Positions 34,749 to 49,200 of a stretch of 64,000 nt of DNA are shown here, in pieces. How positions within the stretch are numbered: the first letter of the stretch is position 1; every line of letters begins with the position of its first letter. Position numbers and translations under genes: made by a program. Origin of the DNA: Octopus vulgaris (Eukaryota); assembly GCA_951406725.2 (NCBI GenBank), contig OX597815.1, forward strand, positions 168,888,001 through 168,952,000. The letters are read 5' to 3'. Below the pieces are notes generated by a model. That model searched no databases. It had not been told where the DNA came from and saw nothing but the letters and a program-made list of their open reading frames with translations.

Positions 34749-37700
34749 GTGAGTTTAAATCTTTGTTTATTTCTATCACTATTTCAGCTAAAGAATTCCA
34801 TGTTTCATTGATTTTTTTCTTTTAAACAATGAGATATTTTGATTCCCCCCCCCACACTTTCCGCCGATGAAAACACCAAGACACGTTTTTTGCTTCTTTT
34901 AATTGCTACGGTTTACCACACATTTGTTAAAGCTCCGATGATTACTTACGAACCATGTAAGAATAATATAATTAATAAAGACAACTGTTACAATTCTTTA
35001 TTTCAAAATAACAATAAAACCTTTCTCGTTTCTCAAGTATGCAGGTTTCACCAACTAGACTGCACCCTTTCCCCCCCTTCTCTGTAAGGTGTCGGTTCTT
35101 CTTAATATTTCTGACTCCCGAAACGATATCGAATTCATATATTTAAATGTCTTCTAATTTACATTATTTGTATGTCATCTTGACAATCTTTCTTAATTGC
35201 AGGATTTAGTGTATGGAAATATATATACATATATATATCTTTCATTTGGTTTCCGTTAACCACTCCTGTAATTTCCTCCTAGAATTTCAAAGTGTTTATA
35301 TTCATGTATGTGTGTCTGTGGCATCTGTCTAGCATAATATAAATATTTTTAATCTAATACTGCTACTGTTGCCTGTAACGGATACATATATAATAGAACT
35401 CAAAACAAGGGAATATAGGTGGGGGTGCTAATCGGTAGGTTTTAAAGTGACTCGATTGCTAAGAGTTTCGTGTTCTTTGGTAAATGGTAACGCTCGCCTC
35501 GAAACTATCGACCTTTGAGTCACTCTGTAACTTCTGCCGATTATTAATTAAAAGCTGCTTGAAGACGGTGCCCTTGACCTTCTAAATGGCTACCGAAACT
35601 GAGAGATGAGACGAAGGTGGGGAGGAAACTATTCTCAAACAGAAGGCCTAACCCAAATCTTTGCAATAGAGTTGACTCTGCCAAATGCATCCTTGGATGC
35701 CTGGTGGTAGGTGACGAGATCTGATCACTGTACTTAAAGCACTGCAGCCAAATACTGCAAAACATCCGATTTTCTTAGAGATCCGCCAATCCTTCATCCT
35801 CGATTTGTATTCTTTTTATCAACACCGAAAGGAGGAAAGGAACAAAAAATAGTTAATATATATGGTTTCTGTATTGATATAAACATATTTCAAAGTAAAC
35901 CGTCAATATTAACAGAATCTAATTTCTCCTTTATTTCTTTTCACTTCTGGTTTTTAGAGACTTTTTTTAAGGATAGAGAGGATGGGAAAATGCTTACCAA
36001 AGAGAAAGGGTTAAACAATTCACTTCAGACTCATCTCTTCAGAATCCTTTTACCTTTTTTATTCCCTGCTTATTCTAGGTCATATAGTATGTGTGTGATG
36101 AGGGGTGTCATTTATGAGTTTTTCATTACTTTCTTCACACACATACATATATAGTAAGTAATGGTAAATATTGCAAGAAAAAGGGAACAAGATACAAGTG
36201 TAAATACTTCTTAAAATTTAGTTTTATAAATGATCGGCGAAATTCTGGTTTCAGCATCCCATATAACCCTTCGTAACTTTTTTTATCTTTTTGAATTTTC
36301 AGAAATATTTTTGCGAATTTGTGTCCCGCACACGGGAATTCATACAATTATGGGGGGGGGGGGTTAACCCCCTCCGCCAACCTAAAAGTTCCACTCTCTT
36401 TCGAATTTTTTTTAAAAATCTGAATTTAAAATAGACAGTCCAAATTTTTTGCATAAATCCCAATAGTGGGCTGCCCTTCGGTGCATCATCATTCCATTAA
36501 ATGTATTCATGAGAAGAAAAATATTGAAAAACATCAAGACATGTCAGAGTGACAAAGAAACGAGGAGGGTATCAGGTGGTCGTGGGATCTGCTAAAAATA
36601 ATACCTAAATCACCCTTAAATCATGCACGTTTTTTTATTTATGCATAATCGTATGAATTCCTGTGTGTAGACCACAAATTTGCAAAAATTATCTGAAAAT
36701 TACAAATCTACATAGAGAATTCTTCCTAAGAAGAATTTCTTGGAGAAAATCTGAATAAACTCTACAAAAATCTGTCCCCAATTAAATTATTGCATTTATC
36801 AGAAAAGTTCTATTCTCTGTTTTATTTTTCAATATCTTATAAAGTGGTTAAATTTTAAGAAAATACGTAACATTATACAAAAGAATATGTTTAAATTGAT
36901 GGATTTTAGTGGAACAAATAGCTCTACAATGTGTTCCGCACACGGGAATTCATACAGAAAGAGTGAAAAAATCACGATTTTAAAATTTGACAGTTCACAT
37001 TCCTCATAGTTATGGTAGGATTGTTCAACAATGAGTATTACTTGACCCATTTTCTATTGGGTTGACTTAATTAGGGAACACAGCACATTATCTATAGTCT
37101 TTTTAATTACTTACAAACCATATAATTACTGAACTTGCTGGTTGTAAATCATTGTGGGATGATCTCAGTGAATGAAGAAATACGGGACTTAGAAGGAAAA
37201 TGGTTGAAAAGAAAACAAGAGGTCCCTGACTGTAATTGCCTTCCAGCAAACTTGAAGGTTCAGCTAGTTACTCTACATCAGTCATGGGTAATCCACAGCC
37301 TGTGAGACTTTCGGAATGGTATGCCTAATTTCACAAGAAAAAATAATATTCATTAATAGCGCAGCCCACTTCTTGAAAAAGGTTGCCCATCTATACTTTA
37401 TGTGGTCATTCTACCCATTGGAAATAGCAACCAAATATCTTGGTGTACTCTCTATTGGCCTAGAAAAGAAGACACTGAATAATGTGATCTTTAGAAAAAG
37501 CTTACAATCATAATTCTGCTCATTCAAGGTCAACTTGGAACTAAACATCATTATCATCAAGCAAACTGAAATATGAACAAGATTTATATGAGTAGACAAT
37601 TATAAACTTTTGAAACTAGCTGACAGTTACTGAAACAAATTTAAACATGAAAAAAAAATAGCCAAAAGGCTATTAGGAAAACAGCATTTAAATTGCAGTC

Positions 37701-38927
37701 TGCAAAAGGAAGGACTCATTCAGTAATGTAGTCTTAGATATATTATGCTTGGTGGTGGAGGGTCGGGCTTGGTATTCATGGCTAGACTACTTTTGATCCT
37801 AGTTCTCTTCAATCAGAGATAACCAGAAGGTAAACAAACAGGAAAAAATTGTACATACTCCTAACAGTACTGCTACATGGCTGGAACTATAATGATTTAA
37901 ATACACATAATTAAATATATAATTACTGAGGATGTTGGAGGATTTGTCAGTAATTCCATAAAAATTGTTCATCCTTGTTGCTTACATAGACAATTCACAG
38001 CAAATATATGTCTCAGAGTTGAAGGAAAATATCTCACATACAAATTAAAACCAATCTTTCACTTTCAGGACTTTCTAGTTGGAAGGTTTGTGTCACAATT
38101 TAGATTACTGATTTCTGAAAACAACCTCTATTGTATTATACACACACCAGTTCGGTGTAACAGTGATTGGTGGATGAAAGTTATTAGTGAGTGTATATAT
38201 ATGTGTCTCTTAATCAGAGGTGGAAGGGCAGCAACTAATGACTTTATTTAGTAAAGGCTCCAGAGACAAGACTATAAGAGGCAAAATATTAGGTTATCTG
38301 AGGCCAGTGAGCAAGTGCATGTGCTTGCAACAAAGTGGACTCTACCACAGACAAAAAAAGAATGGGAAATAAATTAGGACTACTACCCATGAACTGGTAG
38401 ACCAGTGTAAGTTAACCTGAGACCTTGGAAGAAGATACTCATTCGAGGTGTTGGGCAGTGGGATCAAGCACATGATAATGATGCAAACTTCTTAACCTTG
38501 GTTACACTTAAGGAAGAAATAGAACTACCACATCAAATGTAGCCCTGAGAAACTATTAATAGAGCGAATATGCGTTTATGTACTGAAGGACTAGTGTTGG
38601 GTATGCTAGTTCCCATCGTTTCATCTTTTCTGCTAATTGCTCTAATAGCTAATCTTATATATAAATGGTAATTTCTGTTTGTCACCATCTTGCTGTCCAA
38701 ACCAGGGAACCAATCTTCACCAAACTTTCTATACATGTTGAACTAACATCCAGTTCAACTATAGGCTTATTAGATTTCAATAAAAATCAATAATGGACCA
38801 ACTACGGGTGTTGGGCTATTGTATAATAAAATGAGAGGAGTGCAAAAGTGCTAGGTTCAGGGAAATGTGGCATAATGAGGGTGGCTGATATCAGGAAAGG
38901 AGAGGAGACAAATCTTTAAGAATTTTT

Positions 38928-39254
38928 TTCTTAAAGAAACACTAAAATCTCTTTCCCAAACATCCACCCATCACCTCACCACTTTCAAAAAGCTACAAAC
39001 TCCCAATGTTTCACTTTTAGCTTTTTGGAAAGCGGGGAAGTTTCTTCAGAAATAATGTCATTTACCTGTTGTTTCTAGCATGTTGGGTTTTCTAGTGGTG
39101 CTCTAATATTTTTATGCCGGCTATTTCAGTACAATTGTATGCATGTGTGAAACATCAGACAGAAGTGAAACATAGGGTGTTTTTAGCTTTTTGAAAGTGG
39201 GTAGGTGATGGGTGGGCAAGGTAGGGGAAGGGGCATTGAGTGTTTCTTTAAGAA
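38928..39254. repeat. Imperfect inverted repeat of about 90 bp (MITE-like)
   Basis: TCTTAAAGAAACACT...TGTTTCACTT mirrored by AAGTGAAACA...AGTGTTTCTTTAAGA. Confidence 0.65.
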
Positions 39255-40553
39255 AGATTAAACTTTGGAAAAAAATATATATTTCCCAGATTTGTAATCT
39301 CTGTATTTTTTTTCATAGATAAAAAAAAAAAATTTATAAAGTTACAAATCAAGAAATTGCGATGGGGACGGGGAAAACGTGATTTCTGGGTAAAATCGTT
39401 TTAACCCCCTTTTATACAATGAAACAATACATAGTCTGTGATCCTTCTTAAGAACAGAAAGCACTTTCATGCAAATTGTACCCTCTCCACCTTCACTTTT
39501 AAACAAGCAATAACTTCCAGTAATCCAGTTGACTATATATCAGATGTGCTGATTCTGCCCATAAGAAAGGAACAAATAATACAATATGGCTGTAAGTCAT
39601 AACATTTGGGAAGCGCTGGGATGCATTGCTAGTGTAAATATAATTAAAAATAGTTCTGGTATAGATGTGCATTATGTACAGTAAGGTTGGTGGAGATATC
39701 TTTCTTGAGGTAAGGAATGTAATTGGGATATAGTGGTATTATAAACAATTTTGGGGCTATAAATCTTTAAAAGCCAGTGCAAGCCAGATCACTATAAAGA
39801 TGTACTAGAGTTTTCTGGACAATTTAGTATAATGAACCAAGGGAAAATTACCTAGATATGCCATTCTTATGAAGCATAATTAATGTAGTGGGCAAAGCAA
39901 ACATTCGATTAATCAACATTGCCTTTATAATGTAGAGGTGCTCAATGGCTAATGTTAAATTTGTCATGGCATAAAAATGATGACTCCAATATTTTAATTA
40001 GTTAAAATTAGACTTATACATGTAATGAAGAAATGACAGCCTTAGCCGAAGGACTAATTCTAATTTAATCAAGTGTCAAGAACGTTTCAAAGGATAATTT
40101 ACTGTTAAGCTCAGGCAAGGCTGTGTGGTTAAGAAATTCACTTTCCAACCAGGTGGTTTCAGGTTCAGTCCCACCTTTGTCAAGCATCTTCTAAAGCCTC
40201 AGGCTGACCAAAGCTTTGTAATGTGAATTTGGTAGATGGAAACTGAAAGGAGCCCCTTGTATATATGTATACATATGTGTGTATATGTTTGGGACTCTTT
40301 GTCTTGACATTACATGAGAATTGTAAATGAGTGCCACTGTCATACGGGCAATATCATTCCTTTCCAATATTCTGTGAAAACATTGTCTGGCCATGAGAAA
40401 AATATTATCTTGCTTAGAAACAGATGAAGGTTGACGACAGGATGTGCATGTTCTGTAGAAAATCTGCCTCAGTAATCTCCGTTTATGCCATGCAAGCATG
40501 GAAAAGTGTACATTAAAGGGATGGTGATGAACTTGCTGCTAACAACTGTCTAG

Positions 40554-41071
40554 CAGGGTGGAGCACCTTTTCACAATTTTTGATTTCATGATAGGGGTAA
40601 TGCGGAAATGTTGTGAATAGACATCAAAATAATTTGTGCAAAATCTTAGAACTCTGTGTCAATATCTTCTGTCTCCATATGCATTGAAAAAGTGGAAAAA
40701 AACACCTCTACTTATTTATTAGCTTTATTGCATCTTCTAAATTCAATAATTTACAATATTTAAAAATATTTTGAGGCATTTGTGGAGGTAGAAGATGAAG
40801 TCTCAGAAAAAAACATGTTTAAGTTGTATTTTAGAGTAATTTCATCACAGTCATTTAAAAGCTACCTGAAGAAGATGCAATGAAAACTGTGGTTTTCTTT
40901 TAACCTTTTTTTTTTCTTTTCACTTTTTCCATTTTTCAATGCATTTGTGGAAACGGAAAATATTGTCACAGAGTTCTAAGATTTTACACCAGTTATTTTG
41001 ATGTCCATTCACAACTTTTCTGCACTGCTCCCATCACAGAATCAAAAATTGTAAAAATAAGCACTCCACTG
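40554..41071. mobile_element. MITE with about 145-bp imperfect terminal inverted repeats (Tc1/mariner-like ends)
   Basis: 40554-40700 is the approximate reverse complement of about 40922-41071. Confidence 0.7.
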
Positions 41072-41370
41072 TGTAGCTCAGTGTCTCTCAATCATTTTTT
41101 TACCTATGGACCCCTTTGATTCCTAGTGTACTTAGATAGACCCTCCTTGCCCTTCATCATCGTCGTTTAACGCCCACTTTCCATGTTGGACAGTTTGACT
41201 AAGGACTGGCAAGCCAGAAGGTTGCACCAGTCGCCAATCTGTTCTGGCAATCACTCCAAGAGTGTAACTATCTTCCTAGTTAGCCTTCCTTTGATATTGC
41301 TGAACCTTTTATGTGTCCAAAGCTTACACCAGGTACATCTTATGGAGTTTCTACCTACACTTTTTCTATA

Positions 41371-42206
41371 GATTGAGCAGGGATTTGTGATTTGTCTGCC
41401 TAAACATACAGCATGGAAGACAAAACTGTGTTTACATAGATAATGGAATGAAATGATAAAGTAGTTATAATTTGCGCTGAAAAAGAGGTTTTAGATGTGT
41501 GCTAGGTTGGAAAACAAAGTTGCTTATCTGAACATCTTCTGGTTTCTACTCCATGTGGCAAGATATTAAAATATGAGATAGGGGAATCTGAATGAGATAG
41601 TTTATATAGGTAGGGTGGGTGAAGCAGAGGTAAATTGTTGGAAGAAGCAAGTGGTTAACGAAGCTGAGCGAGAGAGACCAGAGTTAGGCTGGTCAAAAAC
41701 AGAACATGAGAGAGAATTTTGGGATTTAGGGTAACATAATTGAATGAATGGGTTTAACATTGCCACTGCCACAGTGAAAGAATAGTAATTCTAATAATGA
41801 GATAGAATTGGGCACCGCAAAACAGCCAAAACTCAGCCTGCCATGTGGGGAAGAGTAGTAATGATAATGAGAGAGAATTGGGCATTTGCATTCTTAACTA
41901 GAGCTACAACCAACAGTTTTTGGTCAGCCAAAATGTAACAAAATTAGATAAATGAATGAATAAATGACAATAAGTGAGCGTGAAAGAGAGGGAGAAAGAG
42001 GTAGAGTTGGATTGAGCATAGGAATCTTAAGTTTTTTTCTCTAAACATACAGCATGGAAGAAAAAACCATGTTTACATAGATAGATAATGAAATGAAATA
42101 ATTAAGTAATTATAATTTGTGCTGAAAAAGAGGTTTTAGATGTGTGCTAAGTTGGAAAACAAAGTTGCTTCTCTGAACATCTGATTTCTACTCCATGTGG
42201 CAAGAT
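41371..42206. repeat. Pair of ~195-bp diverged direct repeats
   Basis: 41371-41565 resembles 42011-42206. Confidence 0.8.
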
Positions 42207-43075
42207 ACTCAGTGTTTAAAAAATCCTATTCTTATAATTAAATATTATTAGGAAGTATATATAAAAAAAAACTTTTAATATTTTGTGTATTGTAAGAAGT
42301 ATCACCAATAAATTTTAACAATATTTTATATGGACCCTTAAAGTCCATATAGACCCTTGTTGAGAACCACTGATCTAGCTTGTAAGGAATAGCTTCAGCT
42401 ACACAGTGGACATCATGGTGATAGAATAATATAGTACAACATTGAATAATGTGTCTGAAAAAAAAATAATGGATGGTGACAACTGGAATATTTTTGATCA
42501 TAAGACTCCCTGATCATGGTTTTTAAGTCAAGTGACACTCAAAAGAAGTACAAGAAATCAGAAAGCTAACTATTGAGCTATAGATTACTTGTAAAAAAAA
42601 AATCAGTCACAGATTTGTTCAGGAATTAAAGCCAAATATTAGACACTAATGATGTGATTTTCTTTTTTTTTTTAATAATTGCATTTCTTATGGTTTTAAC
42701 TATTGGAATCTTATTATAGTTTTAATTATTGGAATCTGTTTGGTTTTTACCATATTTTCTGGTATACAAGTCGAATGTTTCTGGCCAAAATTTACAAGGA
42801 GAAGAGGCAGGTTGATTTATACACCAAGACAACTTTGGAGGGCCAAAATTTCCATGAGGAATGTGTCAGGATTTGGAAAGGTGATGACAATGTCTGAATG
42901 TTTACACTATATACTATGTTGACTTGTACACTGGAAAATACTGTAACTGTCATAGAAGTCATGTTTTTTTATTCTCTATATTTACAGAGATTAGGTGATC
43001 CTTTTGGGTAATATATCTGCTTCTATATTTTTAACATATTTATTCTCCTTTTTTTTTTTTTTTTTTTTTTTATAG

Positions 43076-43265
43076 ATGATGTCAGTACTCCAGAAGGAGT
43101 TCAACAAGAGTGTTGTCCGACTCAGAAATTGTATGCCTGAGAAGTTTTTCTCATTATGTTTAATGCACTTGTCTGTTGTGCTTGATTTAAATGACAATGG
43201 TTTGGAGGAAATACTGTCTGACAAACCAAAAAAGCCTCTTACTCCACTCCGGAAAAAGAAAAATG
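43076..43265 (+). CDS. ARHGAP19: ARHGAP19 first coding exon
   Basis: MMSVLQKEF...RLRNCMPEKFFSL...TPLRKKKN; ATG directly after poly-T/TAG acceptor. Confidence 0.85.
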
Positions 43266-46200
43266 GTCAGATATTCTTTATTTCAATTTCATATTTTGTT
43301 CAAGACTGAAAACTATTTGCTTTTTTTTTGTTTGTTTTTTGGGTTTTTTTTTTACAATTAGATAATAGTTACTATCCATGTTTTCTCACAATTGTACTTC
43401 AATATTTGATACTTAAAATTAATAAATGCAGCTTCCTCATACAAGAAATAGAAGCTAAATTTCTTTAATGTTATAAAGAATACTCTGAATAATGTAGATC
43501 AGGGTATGCTAATCCTAAAGAAAAGGTGATATAATTATGAATTCAGTGCTATTAATCATAGGTCTACTGGCTTAAAGCTAAACTACATCACGACCACCAA
43601 GAACTCTTAATTAAAATAGTCATTTTGCAGGTTACTTGGTGATCTCACTAGTGCCAATACCACATAAAAGGCACCCAGTACACTCTAAAATGGTTGGTGT
43701 TAGGCAGGACATCCAACTAGAAACCATGCCAAAAGCAGACATTGGAGTTAGGCACAGTCATCTGGTTTGATGGCTTCTCTTGAACCATCTAACCTATACC
43801 AGCATGAAAAATGACAGTTAAATGATAGTGATTAGGAGGAGTCTGACTAACTTCTTGGCTTCTTTCCTTTCCCTTTTGTTGTAACAAAGTTCTTAACTGT
43901 AAATGTAACTTTCAAATTGCACTCCGTCTTGGGTCAGGAAAATTACTCTTCATTTATCTCATTTTATGTATCTTCAAATTTTTCATACCTTAGAATAAAA
44001 ATATCTGGATAATATTTTGGAATATCTGACATGAAAAAAAAAAATTTCACTAATTTCATAGGCGCAGGAGTGGCTGTGTGGTAAGTAGCTTGCTAACCAG
44101 CCACATGGTTCCAGGTTCATTCCCACTGCGTGGCATCTTGGGCAAGTGTCTTCTGCTATAGCCCCGGGCCGACCAATGCCTTGTGAGTGGATTTGGTAGA
44201 TGGAAACTGAAAGAAGCCTGTCGTATATATGTATATATATGTGTGTGTATATGTTTGTGTGTCTGTGTTTTTCCCCCCTAGCATTGCTTGACAACCGAAG
44301 CTGGTGTGTTTACGTCCCCGTCACTTAGCGGTTTGGCAAAAGAGACCGATAGAATAAGTACTGGGCTTACAAAGAATAAGTCCCGGGGTCGATTTGCTCG
44401 ACTAAAGGCGGTGCCCCAGCATGGCCGCAGTCAAATGACTGAAACAAGTAAAAGAGTAAAGAGTAAAAGAGAGAGTAAAGATTCATTTTCAGATATACTA
44501 CTTGAATGTTTATGCTTTAATTTTTCTGATTATACAACCTCTGGTCCACAAATTATTACTCCCCTGTTATGCATCTGTTAATGGAAGGATTAAAAATAAA
44601 CCCCTTAGCGTTCAGATTACTATGTCAAAGCTTATGCATATTTATTCACATTGTTTTGAATTAATCCTGCATTATCACATAGCTTCAAAGTTTTGACAAT
44701 GTAATTGTTTATGTTTTAGAATGACATTGTAGAGTAGGTGTGAGAGATCATCACCATCCAGTGTTTTAAATCCAGGGTTTGTCCCCGTTAACCTCAGTAC
44801 CATAGCAACCACCCTCACACCATCTTGCCAGGTTTGAGGCATCCTCCCAATCTCCTCCTCCACCTGTTCCCTCCCTGTTTTCCTCTGTCTACCTCATTTT
44901 CGCGATCCATTTACCTCAAACTCAAGCACCCTCCTCAACACATGCCCATACCACCGCACTCCATTCACCCATGGCAGCCGTTCCACCGATACCTCCAACC
45001 CCAGCATCCCCATCAATTCCTCAGTCTTCCTCTTATCAAACAGCTTTCTCTCACCATTGCTCTCTCAGTCCTTCTCAAAATTGCCATCTCACTCTCCTTC
45101 AAAAGCCATGTCTCACTCCCATACAGCATTGCAGCTCTCATGCAACTCCTATAGACCCTTCCTTTCATCGTCAATGAGAACCTTTTCGCACATAACAATG
45201 CTCCACATTCCCTGAACTTCACTCAGCTAAGTCTTGTTTTTGCTCTTACAGCTGCTTCACATCCACCACTTCCATCCACCCTTTCTCCCAAATAACAAAA
45301 CCCGTTCACCATTTCCACTGGTTCCACCAGCTCTCCAACTCCTTTCTCACATCTTCCACAAACAAATTCACTTGCCAGTCTTGGGGTCACCTTCATTTTC
45401 ATACATCTACCATGAATCCATTTCTCACATCTCGTACACAACACCGCATTTGCCATTACCCTCCTCCCACATACACTACATGGACCCACCTTACAAGCAC
45501 TTCTGCTTTCAAACGCCTCCTTCCATTTCCAAAACTTCTCTCTCAATCCCTCCATTGTCCCACTCATCAGAACAATGTCATCTACATACAGTATCTCCAT
45601 TATCAATCCTTTTCTTGCACTCTCTGTCACTACATCAACCACAATTGCAAACAATAGCTGTGACAACACAGATCCCTGATGTACACCAACTTTCACCAGA
45701 TCAGCTCTGGCCAATTTGAGCATAAAACTAGTAGGGTACATGGACCTGATATGGATGGTTTAAATGCCAAAGGGTTAAAGAAACAACAACAATAATGACA
45801 GTAATAGAAGCTGGACCTAGTGTAACTAATCATTTGTCACAGTGAACAGCAATAATTGTCTGCTTTCTACCATCAGTTAAAAGGATGAAAAGAATAATAG
45901 TTTACTAAAACAAAAATATATTCAAGAGCAAAGATTTAAAAACATAGGATTTGGATATATAATGATCGGAATTTAATAAACGATTTAACATCTCTGTAAA
46001 CAGTACCTTCCAACCTGGGGTACTAAAATTCATTTCACTAGGCACCGGGTATATCCATCTTCACTGACCTTTGAATACTATTACAGAAGTTTTAAGGAAG
46101 GTTTCTGGCCAATTAGACTTGTTACCAAATGGTGTGCTAGACTAACAAATGTAGTTGGAAAACTACATTAGACAGTGCTCGGACAGCACCTAGGTTGCAG

Positions 46201-49200
46201 CGGCTGAAACAAATTTTGATTGTCATAAGATCATACCATATAAATTCTATGACATATTCTTCTTTGTTTGCTAATATTTTCTCTTTATTTCAGAAAGTAA
46301 AAGTGGTCTGTTTGGTAGTCAGTTAACTGGAGAGAGCATTGCTTCAATATTTCGTTTGATTGAATTCTTAAAACGTCAAGAAAGTAAGGGTTCTTTTGTT
46401 TTGGGCTTTTTTTTTCGTTCTTTTTGTTACATTTTTATGTATTTTGCTGGGACTTTGAGTGATTTGAACTGTTTAACCCTTTTGATACGAACCCTCCTCA
46501 GACTATATATGGTTTTATGATACAAACTTCCTGTTTTAAAATAATCTAAATTATAATCTTCAGTCAAAATTTTGTTAAATTATGTTCCAAACACCAGCTT
46601 CTCAATGTTACCTTACTAAATTCTTCAGTTTTAAAATTAAATGAAATAAAGGCAGTGTATTTCAACAGAAGCATGTCAAAAGGATTAATCAACATAAATA
46701 TAGGTATCATTGCCATTCCTGTACTTTATTTTTTTTTCGTTCTTTTCTTGCTTGAACAGATTTTCTCATGCTAATTATGGACATTTCACCTTCAAAACTA
46801 ATTAGCTAATGTCGTTATTCTTTTTGTAACTTTCTAGCAAGTATAATAGATATGTGCTCTGAAACTAAAATGCTTGTGGATTTTAAGCTGTTCCCTTATG
46901 CTTTTTAGATATTACCTTGTATATATAGTGTCTCAAGTAAAATATTTTATCGTTAAATGTATTCTGTATATTTTCTCATTGATATATATTGTAATATGAA
47001 ATTGCTGTTGTTTTACAGATATTGAATGTGAAGGTCTATTCCGTAAGACAGGCAGTAATAACCGACAAAGTGTGTTGAGAAGCATGCTTATTCAAAATAA
47101 TGAATTAAATCTAGAAAGTGGAAAATTCTCACCTCATGATTGTGCTTCTGTTTTGAAAATCTTTTTGAAAGAACTTCCTGAATGTCTTATGATGGACAAA
47201 TTTTCTAAAGCACATATCCAATTGACAGGTAAGAATTTAAGAAAGAAAAGCTCTTTGTCATGTATGTGTATATAATGTGCATGTGTAATCTTGTCTTGAA
47301 ATGATTATTGTAAACAAGCATCACTATCATACACACCATGTCCATCTGTAGCCTTCCTTGAAAAACATGTTTGGCCATGGGGAAATATTACTTTGCTTGG
47401 AAAAAGATATGAGTTGGCAACAGGAAGGGTATCTGGACAAGAAAATCTGTCTTAGAAAATTCCATCAGACCTATGATGCAAGTATAGAAAAGTGGACATT
47501 AACCCTTTCGTTACTGTATTTATTTTGAGATGCTCTGTGTTTCTTTCAATTACTTTAAATATAACAAAGAATTTTAGTAAAATAACTTAGTTATCATTTC
47601 AGCTAGTGTTAGGAACATAAATTGTGACAAAGGTTTGGTGGAAGATTTTAATTCAAAACCTGTACTCAGAGCCAGAGCCGATTTCAGCCGGGTTGGTAAT
47701 GAAAGGGTTAAATTACAATGAATGAATATACACATGTAGAGAAAGAAACAAAAGATAATAGCATTCAATGCATAGTAGGTGTTGTAAGTATTTAATAATT
47801 TGACTCAGTTTTGTAGATGTAAATGTATCTATAGTATCTTCAGATGTATGTAGTCAGAGAAGTGGGAGTTGAAAGACGGTTTCTAGGTGTGAAGTAATGA
47901 GATTCCATTGATCAATTCAGGTCATGTGAATAGTTTAATAAAACAGTGACTTCAGATAATTTCATATATGCTACCATCTGACAAAGGAGACAGTCTAGCG
48001 GCATCAGGTAGTCAGCAGGTTTAGTGACCTTGCTGATGAGCTGAAGTTATTTCGTGTGATGAAGTAATTAATTTGGTGGTATCTGGATACAATTCAGTTT
48101 GCATATCATGCATACCTGTATGGAGTAATTTTAGTCAGGTGTGCTCTGGTAGACCACAATTAGTGGGTACACAGAAGAGAAATATTCACTAGAAACAACC
48201 AGGTATTGTTTAACTTATAACTGTGCATGGAGCTAGCTACAGCTAAGGTAGTATTTCTGGGATATCAGCATTTTATTTGTGTGTGTATGTACATACATAC
48301 AACAGGCTTATCTACAGTATCTACCAAATTCAGTTCATGAGGTATTTGTCATCCCAAGGCTATGGATGTTCATGTAAGGTGCTGTGCAATGAAATCGTGC
48401 TAAGGACAAATGTGGTTGTGAAATGAGCTTTTACATTACATGGCCATGTTTGCACCTATGTTGTTAATGTCTATTCAGAGGGAAGTAGTTTCGCCCAACA
48501 AAATTTTTTCTTCTTCATGTCTAAGTTAATTATAATCTGAATTTTGTGTCACCTTGTTTCATTAGAATATTATATATTTTTCTCTCTTCAGAAATGGCAC
48601 GTCACTGTAAGCTGGAAAATGATAAGAAGCGAGAGAAAGTACTAAAAGCCATCCAACTGCTCATACTTCTGCTCCCTAAAGAGAACACTTTATTACTTGA
48701 ATGTTTGCTAGATCTCCTCTCTAAAGTTGTAACCGAGAAAAAAAATCGAATGACAACCAAATCTCTTGGCACTATATTTGCACCCCATTTCCTCTGCCCA
48801 AGAAATGTATGTCCTGATTTGATTTTATTCAGTCTTTCAACTCTTTTGGCATTCATTGAATTTTTTTTTTATATAAGTAAAATATCAGTTTTTAAGAAAT
48901 TTTGGTTTCCTGACCCTTTCTTTATTTAATTATACAATGTAAAATATTGCCATAGTCAACTCAGCATATAGTGTACTTAAACAGATTTCCCTATAATCAG
49001 TTAAAACTAATTATTTTGCTTCTTTTATCTTTTACTTGATTCAGTAATTTGGCTGCAATCATAAACATTGTATTGTGATAAGAGTATAAAAGTTTTTTTA
49101 TATTTTCTAAAGCAATTGTCATATTAATACTAAGGTATTGTTAGCGCACCAGGCAAAATGCTCAGTGGCATTTCATCCATCTTTATGTTCTGAGTTCAAC

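Noticed and set aside
40860-40895. CTGAAGA...GAAA hammerhead-like motif inside the MITE
   Set aside because: No credible helix II or III.
42995-43005. GTGATCCTTT as a U12-type donor
   Set aside because: It does not match GTATCCTTT, and all traced introns are ordinary GT-AG.
45223-45741. 172-aa ORF as a functional reverse transcriptase gene
   Set aside because: It is 5'-truncated and has internal deletions and stops, and its start codon lies in flanking MITE sequence.
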